NCBI GenBank assembly: GCA_029558955.1
Contig: JAKQCW010000129.1
Coordinates: 104 to 64,103, forward strand
From: Chloroflexota bacterium
GTDB lineage: Bacteria; Chloroflexota; Anaerolineae; JAAEKA01
Direction: 5' to 3'
Length of the DNA: 64,000 nt
A program made the translations under genes and the position numbers. Below are positions 28,687 through 38,099 of the stretch, one piece after another. Each line of letters opens with the position of its first letter. Within the stretch, counting starts at the first letter, position 1. Under the pieces are notes generated by a model. That model worked only from the letters and a program-made list of their open reading frames with translations, was not told the origin of the DNA and made no database searches.

Positions 28687-31173
28687 CTATCTGTCGCCGG
28701 CGACGGGGGTTACTGGCGGCTCCAGCGCCTGCTGGATGGTGTAGCTCAGGTCTGCCAGATGGGCGGCCGTGGCGCTGTTGCCGCTTCTGGTCGCAGCCTC
28801 TTCCAGAGCGGGCAGCATCTGCGCCAGCGTCCAGCGCGCCGCGCCCTCCAGGTCGCTGCGCAGGTCAGGCCGGTTGGCATACTGCGCGTCCAGTGATGAG
28901 ACGTAGCCAGCCCAGAACTTGTCATGGTTGCTGATGTTGGGGTTGGCGTACATGGCCAGGGTACGCACAAAAGCGCGTTGCAGGTTGCGGCGCAGCGGAT
29001 CGATCTGCGGCGTTTCTTCCTCCAGCTCGCTGAAGAGCCCGGCCTGCACGTCGCTCAGATAGTCGATGGGCTGGTAGGCGCTGGCGCCGTCCAGTTGTTC
29101 GGCCTCCACCAGTCGCGCCAGCCGGCTGAATTCCAGCAGATCAGCCAGGAGAGATTGCTGGTAGTAGGCGAAGGCATCCAGCCCGCCGGCCGGGCTCAGC
29201 CGGTCGAGCACGTCGGTCGGGGTGAACACAGGCTGGTTGGCCAGATGCTGCAAGACAAATTGCAGCGCCTCCTGCTGCTCATCCCGAGGCACGCGGTGAA
29301 ACTGGACGTCGCCGCGGCCGGCCAGGGTGCGCGTCTCCTCGACCCCGCCGATCAGCTTGGCCACCGACGACAGCCATTGGTGACGATGCTCCAGAATCGT
29401 GTCGTAGGTGGTCTGGAGTTTGCTGAAATCGCCGCCTGGCCGGGTTGCGCCGTCGATCAGATAGCTCATCGCCCGCTGCAGGTTGGCGATGCCCAGGCGG
29501 GTGGCCTCGATGCGGTCGTCGCCCAGGTTCTCCATCTGCACCGTCGGATCGACATCGGCTGGTTGGTCCTCGCCGCCGAAGCGCAGCCAGGGCTGGCTGA
29601 TCTGGCGCGCGGCCCAACGATCCAGGGTCGCGCGCTCCGCCTCCGGCGATTCGGCCCCAGCCACAGGCGCATAGCCCCACTGAATGGCGAACTGGTCGTA
29701 AGGCCCGATCTGGGGAACCAGATTCGTCACGCCGTCGCCCGGCTGGGCGACATAGTTGAAGCGCCCGTAGGACATGATCGACGGCGTCGTGCCATAACGG
29801 CTGGTGAAACGGGGGTTGCGCAGCTGGTCGATGGTGAAAGCCTGGCTGGCCTTGTGGTTGTGGCTCAGGCCCAAGGCATGGCCCACCTCATGGGCGGTGA
29901 CGGTGCGCAGCAAGGGCCCCAGGATCTCATCGGGCAGGGGCAAAGTGCGCGCTCGCTGGTCGACCGCCGATGCCTGCGCGAAATACCACTGCTCCAGCAG
30001 TTCCAGCATGTCGGCGAAGATCTGCACGTGGGCTGACAGAATCTCGCCTGACCGCGGATCGACGACGTTAGGGCCGTAGGCATTCTTCACCGGCTGTGCC
30101 ACCCAGCGGATCACCGAATGGCGCAGGTCGCCTGGGTCCCAGTTGGGGTCCTCCTCCTCGCTGGGAGCATCTTTGACCACAATGGCATTGGCAAAACCGG
30201 CGGCCTTGAAGGCTGGCAACCAATCTTCGACGCCCTGGCGGATGTAGGGCCGCCAGCGGGCTGGCACCTCGCGGCTGATGTAGAAGACGATAGGTTCCAC
30301 CACCTCGGATACCCTGGCTTCGGAGTCTTGTTTCTCCAGCCGGAAGCGGGTGATCAGCTCGCGCGTGACAGGATCAGGCTCTTCTGAGCCCGAGTAGTCC
30401 TCATAGTCCACTGTATAGTACCCGACGCGCGGGTCGGCCAAGCGCGCTGGCATCGGCGTCTCTGGCAACAGCAACAGGTTGTGGCGCACCAGCACCGATT
30501 GGCTGCTGGGGGAGGCTGATGACCAAGGGCTCATGACATCGAAGGTCAGCAGTGAGCTGACGCCGAGGTTGTCGGGATAGGCGTCCATCTCGACGACGCG
30601 GCTCCGCGTCGGATCAAACTGAGCGTCGTTGCCCTGCCTGCTGAATACCTGACTGGCGTTGAAGTCGCTCAGGTCATTGGCCATGACCGCGCCCAGGTCA
30701 ACCACCGGGTTGCCGTCGGGACTCTCATCCAGCACGGGCAGGCTCAGCAGCACGGCCGGCAGGGCCGACTCGGTGACAGCGCGGTCCAGCGAGGGATCGT
30801 CCCCCGAATTGCGTTTGGCGCTGACCGAGTTGAGCTCGCGCACCAGAATATTCCCGCCGGCGCGCTCGAAAGTGACCATCTTCTCGCCGATGGATCCCAG
30901 GCCGTCGCCGGAGGTCAGCATGACCGGCGCCTGGCTCAACTCGCTGTACCAGTAGAAGGGCCGGCCCAGCAGTTCAGCGGGAATCTCCATGAACCAAAAA
31001 TCGCCCATCTGATAGATGGTGAACAGGCCCTCTTGCACAGCGTCGGCATGGCCAACGATATCCTCGTAGGGGAATTCCTGATAGCCCGGCATCGCGCGGG
31101 CAGTTCCTGGCGCGCCCAGCGCCATCACGATCAAGGAAAAGAGCAACACCCAGCGCATCCATTGTGTCTTCAT
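28687..31173 (-). CDS. Secreted zinc metalloprotease (DUF5117/DUF4953 metzincin type)
   Basis: Signal peptide; RLADPRVGYY, DPRSGEIL, HEVGHALGLSHN, SIMSY Met-turn. Confidence 0.88.
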   Translation of the reverse strand: MKTQWMRWVLLFSLIVMALGAPGTARAMPGYQEFPYEDIVGHADAVQEGLFTIYQMGDFWFMEIPAELLGRPFYWYSELSQAPVMLTSGDGLGSIGEKMVTFERAGGNILVRELNSVSAKRNSGDDPSLDRAVTESALPAVLLSLPVLDESPDGNPVVDLGAVMANDLSDFNASQVFSRQGNDAQFDPTRSRVVEMDAYPDNLGVSSLLTFDVMSPWSSASPSSQSVLVRHNLLLLPETPMPARLADPRVGYYTVDYEDYSGSEEPDPVTRELITRFRLEKQDSEARVSEVVEPIVFYISREVPARWRPYIRQGVEDWLPAFKAAGFANAIVVKDAPSEEEDPNWDPGDLRHSVIRWVAQPVKNAYGPNVVDPRSGEILSAHVQIFADMLELLEQWYFAQASAVDQRARTLPLPDEILGPLLRTVTAHEVGHALGLSHNHKASQAFTIDQLRNPRFTSRYGTTPSIMSYGRFNYVAQPGDGVTNLVPQIGPYDQFAIQWGYAPVAGAESPEAERATLDRWAARQISQPWLRFGGEDQPADVDPTVQMENLGDDRIEATRLGIANLQRAMSYLIDGATRPGGDFSKLQTTYDTILEHRHQWLSSVAKLIGGVEETRTLAGRGDVQFHRVPRDEQQEALQFVLQHLANQPVFTPTDVLDRLSPAGGLDAFAYYQQSLLADLLEFSRLARLVEAEQLDGASAYQPIDYLSDVQAGLFSELEEETPQIDPLRRNLQRAFVRTLAMYANPNISNHDKFWAGYVSSLDAQYANRPDLRSDLEGAARWTLAQMLPALEEAATRSGNSATAAHLADLSYTIQQALEPPVTPVAGDR

Positions 31174-31384
31174 GCTCGCCCTCACAGCCAGAGAACACCG
31201 AAAAAAAACGATGCGCAACCTTACCATAGCCTGGCAAATTTGCCCAATCGCGCCCATCGCCCATCGCCCTTGTGCGTCCGAAAGCTCGCCGGCTCAGACC
31301 GCCCTGCATCCTCCGCTGCTGCGACACCCCCGCCTGTATCGACGGCGCTCGATCTCCGGCCCTGGTCGTGTATGCGCCGGAGAA

Positions 31385-31418
31385 CAGGTTGCCAACCTGG
31401 CCGCCAGGTTGGCAACCT
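31385..31418. repeat. REP-like palindrome
   Basis: AGGTTGCCAACCTGG-CCG-CCAGGTTGGCAACCT. Confidence 0.75.
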
Positions 31419-31439
31419 CTCGGCGAACGATCTCTGCCC

Positions 31440-33248
31440 TTATTCCATCAGCCCTTCCAGCCGATCTACCAGTCCGGCCAGCACGCCAAAGGCCGCCTCG
31501 ACCGGCTCCGGCGTGGTCATGTCCACGCCGGCCCGCTGCAGCGTCTCCAGCGGATAGCGCGAGCCGCCCGACTTGAGAAAGTCCAGATAGCGGCCGACCG
31601 CGGCCTGGTCGCCGGCCAGGATCGGCTGCGCCAGCGCGTGCGCGGCCGAGATGCCGGTGGCGTACTGGTAGACGTAGAAGTTCATGTACATGTGGCCGAA
31701 CTGGGCCCAGGTGATGCCGATGCGCGGCTGGTCGAAGTCCACCTCGCCGCCGTAGCCTTCGGCGAACAGCTCGGCCATGATGCCGTTGAGGATGTCGGCG
31801 CTCAGCGGCGCGCCCCGCTCGGCCCGGGCGTGCGCCTCCAGCTCGAACTGCGCCAGGGTGGGCATGATGAAGAAGTAGCGGTGGTAGTTGGACATGGCCT
31901 CTTCGATCAGCCCGATCTGAAAGGCGCGCTCGGTCTGCGTGCGGAACAGGTAGTCGCGCACCATGGCCTGGTTGAAGTTGGACGCCACCTCGGCCAGGAA
32001 GAGGCCGTAGCGGCCATAGATGAAGGGCTGCGTGCGGCGGGTGTTGTAGGAGTGCATGGAGTGGCCCAGCTCATGCGCCAACGTGCTCAGGCTGAACAGG
32101 TCATCCTGATAGGACATCATGATGAAGGGGTGGGTGCCATGCGAGCCGCTGGAATAGGCGCCCTCGCGCTTGCCCTTGTTGCGCGCCCGGTCTACCCAGC
32201 GTTCTTCCAGACAGCCGCCGCGCAGCACCGCGACATATTCCTCGCCCAGCGGCGCCATGCCGGCGGCGATCCACTCGACAGCCTGCTCGAAGGAGACGGC
32301 CGGCTTGGCGCCGGCCAGCGGCGCCTTGATGTCGTAGACGCCCAGCGCCTCCAGCCCCAGGGCCCGCCTGCGCAGCCGCCAGTAGCGCTGCCAGGTGGGC
32401 AGATGCTGCTTGAAGACCGCGATCAGGTTGTGGAACACTTCTACCGGGATGTAGTTGGGCCCCAGCGAGGCGTGCAGCGACGAGGTGTAGCCCCGCACGC
32501 GGGCGTTGAAGACGTTTTGCTTGACGCCGGCGGTGAAGGTGGCCGCGTGGGTGTTCTTGAAGGCCAGATAGCCGTCGGCGTAGCTTTCCCACGCGCTGCG
32601 TCGCACGGCGCGGTCAGGGTGCGTCACCAGTGCGCCGATGCTGGCCTGCCCCACCTCCAGCTCGGTTCCATCCGCGGCCACGGCCGGCCGGAAGACCATG
32701 TCCGCGTTGTTGAGCATGCCGTAGATGTTGTAGGGGCCGGAGAAGGGATCGCCGGTCAGCGCCAACACCTCCTCCACCTCGCCCGAGCGCACGTGATCCT
32801 GGCGCAGCCGCAGGCGATCGACGTAGTGGCTGAAAAAGGCCAGCTCCGGCGTTGCGGCGATCCAGGCATCGACCTGCGCCAGGCCGACGGCCATCAGCTC
32901 CGGGTCGACGAAGGCCACCGCGGCCGCGTAGTTGGCCATCAGCGTGCGGGCCTGACCGGCGCGGGCCGCCGCGACCTGGTCGCCGGTGTCCACCGACGCG
33001 CCGTTGGAGGCGTAGATCATGATCTTGCCCAGCAGCACGCCGGCCTCCTGTAAGGGGGTCAGCAGCGCCAGCAGCGTGGCGGGACCTTCAGCCAGCCGGC
33101 CGCGAAAGGCGGCCAGCGCCGGCAATTGGGCGGTCAGCTCAGCACAGGCCGCTTCCCAGTCGGCCGGGGTGGGGTAGACGCTGTCCAGGTCCCAGGTCTG
33201 CTCGACCGGGATCTCACTGCGCAGGGGAAGGGCGGTTAGTTGGGTCAT
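31440..33248 (-). CDS. pepF: Oligoendopeptidase F (M3B)
   Basis: [40 protein letters not shown]. Confidence 0.93.
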   Translation of the reverse strand: MTQLTALPLRSEIPVEQTWDLDSVYPTPADWEAACAELTAQLPALAAFRGRLAEGPATLLALLTPLQEAGVLLGKIMIYASNGASVDTGDQVAAARAGQARTLMANYAAAVAFVDPELMAVGLAQVDAWIAATPELAFFSHYVDRLRLRQDHVRSGEVEEVLALTGDPFSGPYNIYGMLNNADMVFRPAVAADGTELEVGQASIGALVTHPDRAVRRSAWESYADGYLAFKNTHAATFTAGVKQNVFNARVRGYTSSLHASLGPNYIPVEVFHNLIAVFKQHLPTWQRYWRLRRRALGLEALGVYDIKAPLAGAKPAVSFEQAVEWIAAGMAPLGEEYVAVLRGGCLEERWVDRARNKGKREGAYSSGSHGTHPFIMMSYQDDLFSLSTLAHELGHSMHSYNTRRTQPFIYGRYGLFLAEVASNFNQAMVRDYLFRTQTERAFQIGLIEEAMSNYHRYFFIMPTLAQFELEAHARAERGAPLSADILNGIMAELFAEGYGGEVDFDQPRIGITWAQFGHMYMNFYVYQYATGISAAHALAQPILAGDQAAVGRYLDFLKSGGSRYPLETLQRAGVDMTTPEPVEAAFGVLAGLVDRLEGLME

Positions 33249-33431
33249 GAGGGTTCTCTTTTCCAGTTGCGAGTTACTGCAGACTTCGGAAGTCGTCGGT
33301 TACGAACGGGCAGCGTCGTCGATTTCGGCTGGGCAGTCGTTCAGGAAATAGGCCGCGCGTCCCTTGCGAGAGCCGAAGTCGTCCACGTTGATGCCCAGCA
33401 GGATGTCGTCGAAGCTACCTAGTTGGTTAAC

Positions 33432-33460
33432 TTGACACGGTATAACAAAAAAGTGATAAT
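33432..33460 (+). promoter_or_regulatory. Sigma70 promoter with operator-like inverted repeat for the TA operon
   Basis: TTGACA-17-GATAAT; TATAAC-AAAAAA-GTGATA overlaps the spacer and -10; ATG is 6 nt after the -10. Confidence 0.75.
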
Positions 33461-33466
33461 AGCGAC

Positions 33467-33829
33467 ATGCCGGAACAACCATTGCCATGGCGCGTGGTCT
33501 TCTACAAGGATAGCCGTGGTCGCAGCCCGATCACGGAATACCTAAATGCCTTACCTGTGGCCGAACAAGCCGCAGCATTAGAAGCATTTCGCTTGTTGAG
33601 GGAGTTCGGCACATTGCTTGGGATGCCGCATGCCAAGCACATCAGCGGCAAGTTGTGGGAGCTGCGTCCAGGTCCGCATCGGTTGTTTTACTTCGCCTAC
33701 ACCGGACGGCGCTTTGTCATCTTACACGCTTATCGCAAGCAGAGCCAGAAGACACCGCCACACGAACATGCCATCGCCCAGCGCAGGCTGGATCAGGTCA
33801 TGGCAGAAGGATTCGATGATGAACGATGA
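33467..33829 (+). CDS. RelE/HigB-like (Gp49) toxin
   Basis: FYKDSRGRSPI.EYL, LGMPHAK, LWELR, RLFYF, ILHAYRKQSQKTP. Confidence 0.88.
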   Translation: MPEQPLPWRVVFYKDSRGRSPITEYLNALPVAEQAAALEAFRLLREFGTLLGMPHAKHISGKLWELRPGPHRLFYFAYTGRRFVILHAYRKQSQKTPPHEHAIAQRRLDQVMAEGFDDER

Positions 33830-34127
33830 ATCTCGATTCATGCGATTAGAGGAATGGGAGGCGGAGCGAATGCAGGATCCCGCGTTCGTTGCTGCGCTGG
33901 CCGCGCGTGCGCCAGCCTACGAAGTTGCGCGGCTGCGTATCCTGCGCGGTCTCACACAAGCGCAACTGGCCGAGCTGGTAGGCACCAAACAGTCAAGTAT
34001 TGCTCGTCTCGAAAGCGGTATCGCGCCACCAAGCCTTTCCTTCCTTGCCAGGGTCGCCGCCGCGTTGGGAGCGCGTGTCGAGGTGCGTCTGTCGCCTCTG
34101 GACGACGCGTCGGCGGCGCATGTGTAG
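33816..34127 (+). CDS. HigA-like XRE HTH antitoxin
   Basis: RILRGLTQAQLAELVGTKQSSIARLESG..PSL; overlaps the toxin 3' end. Confidence 0.88.
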   Translation: MMNDESRFMRLEEWEAERMQDPAFVAALAARAPAYEVARLRILRGLTQAQLAELVGTKQSSIARLESGIAPPSLSFLARVAAALGARVEVRLSPLDDASAAHV

Positions 34128-34267
34128 CATCAGTGGCTGGGCTAGATGACCGACGCCATCGGCTGAAACAGGGTCTTGAACAACAAAGCCGCCGTAGAGC
34201 AGCGTCCACGGCGGCATCAGGAGCGATGTGACGGCTTCGCCGTGGTCCAACGTCTCGGCGAGCGTGG

Positions 34268-34798
34268 CTATGTCGTGATGGCGACGGTGGCGGCCGCGCC
34301 GCCGTCCTGGTACATCATCACCGCCAGATACCATCCCAAGGAAATCAACATGGGCAGCTCGGCCAGGCCTGCCGCGGCGGGCCGGATCTCTACCCAGGCT
34401 GACTGGCGAAAGATGCCGCCGATGTTGAACACCAGCAGCGAGTCGCCAGCCTCGTCCTTGATCTCATAGCGGGTGAGCCAGGTGTTGGTGCTGGCCAGGA
34501 AACGGCGGCCAGAGGTCAACTCCAGCGTGGCGCCATCTTGCCAGGTGTGGTTGTAAAAGACGGCCAGATCCTGATCGGCGTCGCAGCGGCGCACGGTCAC
34601 ACGGGTTTTCCAGATGCCGACGCGCTTGAAGGTCCAGCAATCATCGGCGGTCTCAGCCGTGGCCATCGAGCCAAACATGCTGCGAAAGCGCAAGGTTGCA
34701 ATCACATCATCGCCAGCGCGCAGCTCATAGGCTTCGCGTCTGGCGCTGGGCTGCATCCACTGCAAGGGCAATCCGGTCACTTCAGTCAGTTGTTTCAT
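34268..34798 (-). CDS. Hypothetical protein (possibly tubby/LURP-like beta fold)
   Basis: YELRAGD..IATL, WTFKRVG, C-terminal hydrophobic helix; AAAGGAG upstream. Confidence 0.65.
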   Translation of the reverse strand: MKQLTEVTGLPLQWMQPSARREAYELRAGDDVIATLRFRSMFGSMATAETADDCWTFKRVGIWKTRVTVRRCDADQDLAVFYNHTWQDGATLELTSGRRFLASTNTWLTRYEIKDEAGDSLLVFNIGGIFRQSAWVEIRPAAAGLAELPMLISLGWYLAVMMYQDGGAAATVAITT

Positions 34799-34922
34799 CG
34801 GGTTCATACTCCTTTGTAAGCAGCTTTCGGCGCTGATTATACCCGAAGCAGATGATATCCGAAAGTATCCAGCACCCAACACGTTGCGCTTTCCCCAGAT
34901 CATCCGGCGTTTTTGGCCAGCG

Positions 34923-35777
34923 TCAGCGTTGATACTGGTAGAATCCCTGCCCGGTCTTGCGTCCCAGGCGCCCCACTGCCACCATGCGGCGCAGCAAAGC
35001 CGGCGCCTTGAAATAGGGATTGCCCGACGACTGGTAGAGCGTGTCGGCGATGGCCAGCGTCACGTCCAGGCCGATCAGGTCGGCCAGCGCCAGCGGGCCC
35101 AGCGGGTGGCCCATGCCCAGCCTGACGCTGGCATCCAGCACGGCCGCCTCGCCCAGGCCCGCCTCGTAGGCGCCGATGGCCTCGACGATGTAGGGGATCA
35201 ACAGGCGGTTGACGATGAAGCCGGGACTGTCGGGCGCGGTGACGGTGATCTTGCCCAGGTAGGCGCCCACTTTGCGGGCAATGGCCAGGGTCTCGTCGCT
35301 GGTGTGCAGCCCGCGCACCAGCTCCAGCAGGCGCATCACCGGCGCCGGGTTGAAGAAATGCATGCCCAGCACCCGGTCCGGCCGGCGTGTGGCCAGGGCG
35401 ATCTCGGTGATGCTCAGCGAGGAGGTGTTGCTGGCCAGGATCGCCTCAGGCCGCAACAGGCTATCGAGGCTGCGGAAAATGCTCTGCTTGAGCGCCAGGT
35501 CCTCGGCGACGCACTCGATCACCAGATCGGCCGCGGCCAGCTCGGCCAGGTGGGCGACGCCGCGCAGGCGGGCCAGCGCCTTTTCCGCCTCCCCACCCTC
35601 CAGTTTGCCCCGGCTGACGGCCCGCTGCAGCGATTGCTGCACCCGGCCGCGGCAGGCCGGCCGGAGGTCCTCGTTGCGGCCGTAGATGATGACAGCATAG
35701 CCGGCCAGCAGGCTGATCTCGGCGATCCCCGCGCCCATCTGCCCGCAGCCGACGACGCCGATGGTTTGAACCACCAT
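34923..35777 (-). CDS. 3-hydroxyacyl(butyryl)-CoA dehydrogenase
   Basis: GCGQMGAGIA, SNTSS, GMHFFNP, PGFIVNR, GPLALADLIGLD, LGRKTGQGFY. Confidence 0.93.
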   Translation of the reverse strand: MVVQTIGVVGCGQMGAGIAEISLLAGYAVIIYGRNEDLRPACRGRVQQSLQRAVSRGKLEGGEAEKALARLRGVAHLAELAAADLVIECVAEDLALKQSIFRSLDSLLRPEAILASNTSSLSITEIALATRRPDRVLGMHFFNPAPVMRLLELVRGLHTSDETLAIARKVGAYLGKITVTAPDSPGFIVNRLLIPYIVEAIGAYEAGLGEAAVLDASVRLGMGHPLGPLALADLIGLDVTLAIADTLYQSSGNPYFKAPALLRRMVAVGRLGRKTGQGFYQYQR

Positions 35778-35796
35778 GAGCTTGCCTCCAACTGCG

Positions 35797-35837
35797 AGAA
35801 GTCCGGTTTCTTCGGAGAAACCGGACTTCTTTTTTTA
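35797..35837 (+). terminator. 15-bp stem hairpin with T-tract on the + strand (REP-like or terminator)
   Basis: AGAAGTCCGGTTTCT-TCGG-AGAAACCGGACTTCT followed by a T run. Confidence 0.6.
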
Positions 35838-35843
35838 ACGCTT

Positions 35844-36800
35844 TTACATGCCGCCGGCCGCCGCCAGCTCATCCAGCGCCTGGCGCAGGGTGCGGGCGCT
35901 CTCCTCAAGCAGCATTTGCTCCCGGTCGTTCAACGGCTTGGGCAGCACCGCGATGATGCCGTCGCCGCCGACGATGGCCGGCAGGGCGAAGGTGATGTCA
36001 CGCACGTCGCCGATGCTCTCCACCGGCACGCTGACCGTCAGCAGCGAGCGCTGATCGCGCACGATGGCCTGGACAATGCGGGCCAGGGCCGCGCCGATGC
36101 CGTAGTAGGTGGAGCCTTTGCCCTCGATGATGCGGTAAGCCGCGCGGCGCACGCCGTCGTCGACCTCCTCCAGCAGGTCATCGGTCAGCGCGATGCCGCG
36201 CGCCTGGGCATAGTCCTCCAGCGGCACGGTGCCGACCGTGGTCATGGACCAGGCCAGCACCTCGGTGTCGCCATGCTCGCCCACCACGTAGCCATGCACG
36301 TGCTCCGGGTCCACATCCAGCGCCCGGCCCAGGATCGAGCGGAAGCGCGCTGTGTCCAGGGTGGTGCCGGAGCCGATCACGTGATTGCGCGGCGTCCCCA
36401 GCGGCGTCGCGTAGTGCGCGGCCAGGTGGGTCATGATGTCCACCGGGTTGGTGGCGATCACCAGAATGGCATCGGGCGCGCTGGCGACGATCTGCGGGAT
36501 CATGCCACGGAAGATGACGGCGTTGCGCTCCAGCAGTTGCAGGCGGGTTTCGCCCGGCCGCTGCGCCACACCGGCCGTGATCACCACCACCTGGCAGCCG
36601 GCCAGGTCGCTGTATTCCCCTTGCCTGACCACCACGGCGTGCGAGGAAAAGGGCACGGCGTGCAAGATGTCCTCGGCCTCAGCCTGGGCGCGCTTGGTGT
36701 TGATGTCGACCATGACGATCTCGCGGGCCACGCCGCGCAAAACCATGGCGTTGGCCGCGCCAGCGCCGACGTTGCCGCTGCCGACGATACCTACCTTCAT
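35844..36800 (-). CDS. ldh: L-lactate dehydrogenase
   Basis: [18 protein letters not shown] (Gln specificity residue), [26 protein letters not shown]. Confidence 0.93.
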   Translation of the reverse strand: MKVGIVGSGNVGAGAANAMVLRGVAREIVMVDINTKRAQAEAEDILHAVPFSSHAVVVRQGEYSDLAGCQVVVITAGVAQRPGETRLQLLERNAVIFRGMIPQIVASAPDAILVIATNPVDIMTHLAAHYATPLGTPRNHVIGSGTTLDTARFRSILGRALDVDPEHVHGYVVGEHGDTEVLAWSMTTVGTVPLEDYAQARGIALTDDLLEEVDDGVRRAAYRIIEGKGSTYYGIGAALARIVQAIVRDQRSLLTVSVPVESIGDVRDITFALPAIVGGDGIIAVLPKPLNDREQMLLEESARTLRQALDELAAAGGM

Positions 36801-36907
36801 GGAAACCTCCTGTGGAGAACGGATAACTACTGAGCCGGCGGATGCGAGCCCGTGGATTTCGATACGGCGGCCTACTCAATCCACGGGCCGCCGGTTGAGT
36901 CACGTTG

Positions 36908-36936
36908 ATTGTACTGTTAGTTTAGACCAGGGCCAA
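36908..36936 (-). promoter_or_regulatory. Putative ldh promoter
   Basis: TTGGCC-17-TACAAT on the minus strand. Confidence 0.55.
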
Positions 36937-37041
36937 ATACAAGCGACCGTAGAACCTTCGGATTTCGGCGCCCGAACGGGACGCTGACGGCTGAGCAGTG
37001 ACGGCTTGTCAAGTTTTTGCTTTGCTTGCGTTGAAGAAACC

Positions 37042-37070
37042 TTGACAGCGCAACGGCTCTGTGCTACAAC
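37042..37070 (+). promoter_or_regulatory. Putative promoter of the CarH-like gene
   Basis: TTGACA-17-TACAAC with TG extension. Confidence 0.6.
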
Positions 37071-37101
37071 CCGCCCAGATTGGCATAGAAGAGGTGTGAC
37101 C

Positions 37102-38094
37102 GTGAGTCTCGAAGGAAACCAAAGCAGCCTGGCAGGCAGCGACGAACCGATCTACAACATCGGCGTGGTGTCGCGCATGACCGGCATTCCGGTGGCGACG
37201 CTGCGGGTCTGGGAGCGCCGCTATGAGTTCCCCAGCGCCGGGCGCACCGCGGGCGGGCATCGGCTCTATTCCGAACAGGAGCTGATGCGGCTGCGCTGGG
37301 TGAAAGCCACCATCGACCAGGGCATGCAAACCTCGCAGGCGATCCGCTCGCTGCGCAGCTATGAACGCCAGGGACGCATCCCCGAAATCGGCGCGCCGGC
37401 CGCAGAGCCAGCCGCGCCGAGGCAGGTCAGGGACGGCTCGCTGGACGCCTATCGCCAGCGGCTGGCCGGGGCGCTGGTGCGCGGCGATCTGGACAGGGCC
37501 GATCAGATCCTGGTCGAGATCATGGCGATCCGTCCGCTGGAGCAGGTCATCAGCGATCTGATCAGCCCCGCGCTGGCGGCAATTGGCGAGGAGTGGCGCG
37601 CGGGCCGCGCCCATGTGGCCGCCGAACATCTGGCTTCAGCCTTTCTGCGCCAGAGGCTGACCATGTGGCTGGCGGCCGGCCCCCCGGTGCATCCGATTCG
37701 GCCGCTGGTTCTGGCCTGTGCGCCCAACGAATGGCATGAGATGGGGCTGTTGATGCTGGCGGTGTTGCTGCGCCGGCGGCGTTGGCCCCTGGCCTATCTG
37801 GGACAGGCGACGCCGCTGCCTGACCTGGCCAGGTTCGTGCGCGAGAGCCGACCGCCGGCGGTGGTGGTGACGGCGACGACCGAGGAAACGGGCCAGAGTC
37901 TGCTCAGCCTGCCGCGCTGGCTGCCTGAGATCCATCAGAATGGTCGCCCGTTCATCGCCTTCGGCGGCCGCGCCTTCAGCCTGAACGCCGAGCTGCGGGC
38001 GGCGATGCCCGGCGTCTACCTGGGCGCCACCCTGTCAGAGGGGGTCGAGGCCGTGGAACGACTGCTGCGCGACACGGCCGCCTTGACGCTGTAG
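37102..38094 (+). CDS. MerR-family regulator with B12-binding domain (CarH/LitR-like)
   Basis: TLRVWERRY, GGHRLYS; W-x9-EH (WRAGRAHVAAEH) and ExHxxG (EWHEMG), YLG. Confidence 0.88.
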   Translation: MSLEGNQSSLAGSDEPIYNIGVVSRMTGIPVATLRVWERRYEFPSAGRTAGGHRLYSEQELMRLRWVKATIDQGMQTSQAIRSLRSYERQGRIPEIGAPAAEPAAPRQVRDGSLDAYRQRLAGALVRGDLDRADQILVEIMAIRPLEQVISDLISPALAAIGEEWRAGRAHVAAEHLASAFLRQRLTMWLAAGPPVHPIRPLVLACAPNEWHEMGLLMLAVLLRRRRWPLAYLGQATPLPDLARFVRESRPPAVVVTATTEETGQSLLSLPRWLPEIHQNGRPFIAFGGRAFSLNAELRAAMPGVYLGATLSEGVEAVERLLRDTAALTL

Positions 38095-38099
38095 CCCGA

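Noticed and set aside
34160-34190. Rpn C-terminal remnant (LKQGLEQ)
   Set aside because: A seven-residue similarity is too short to support
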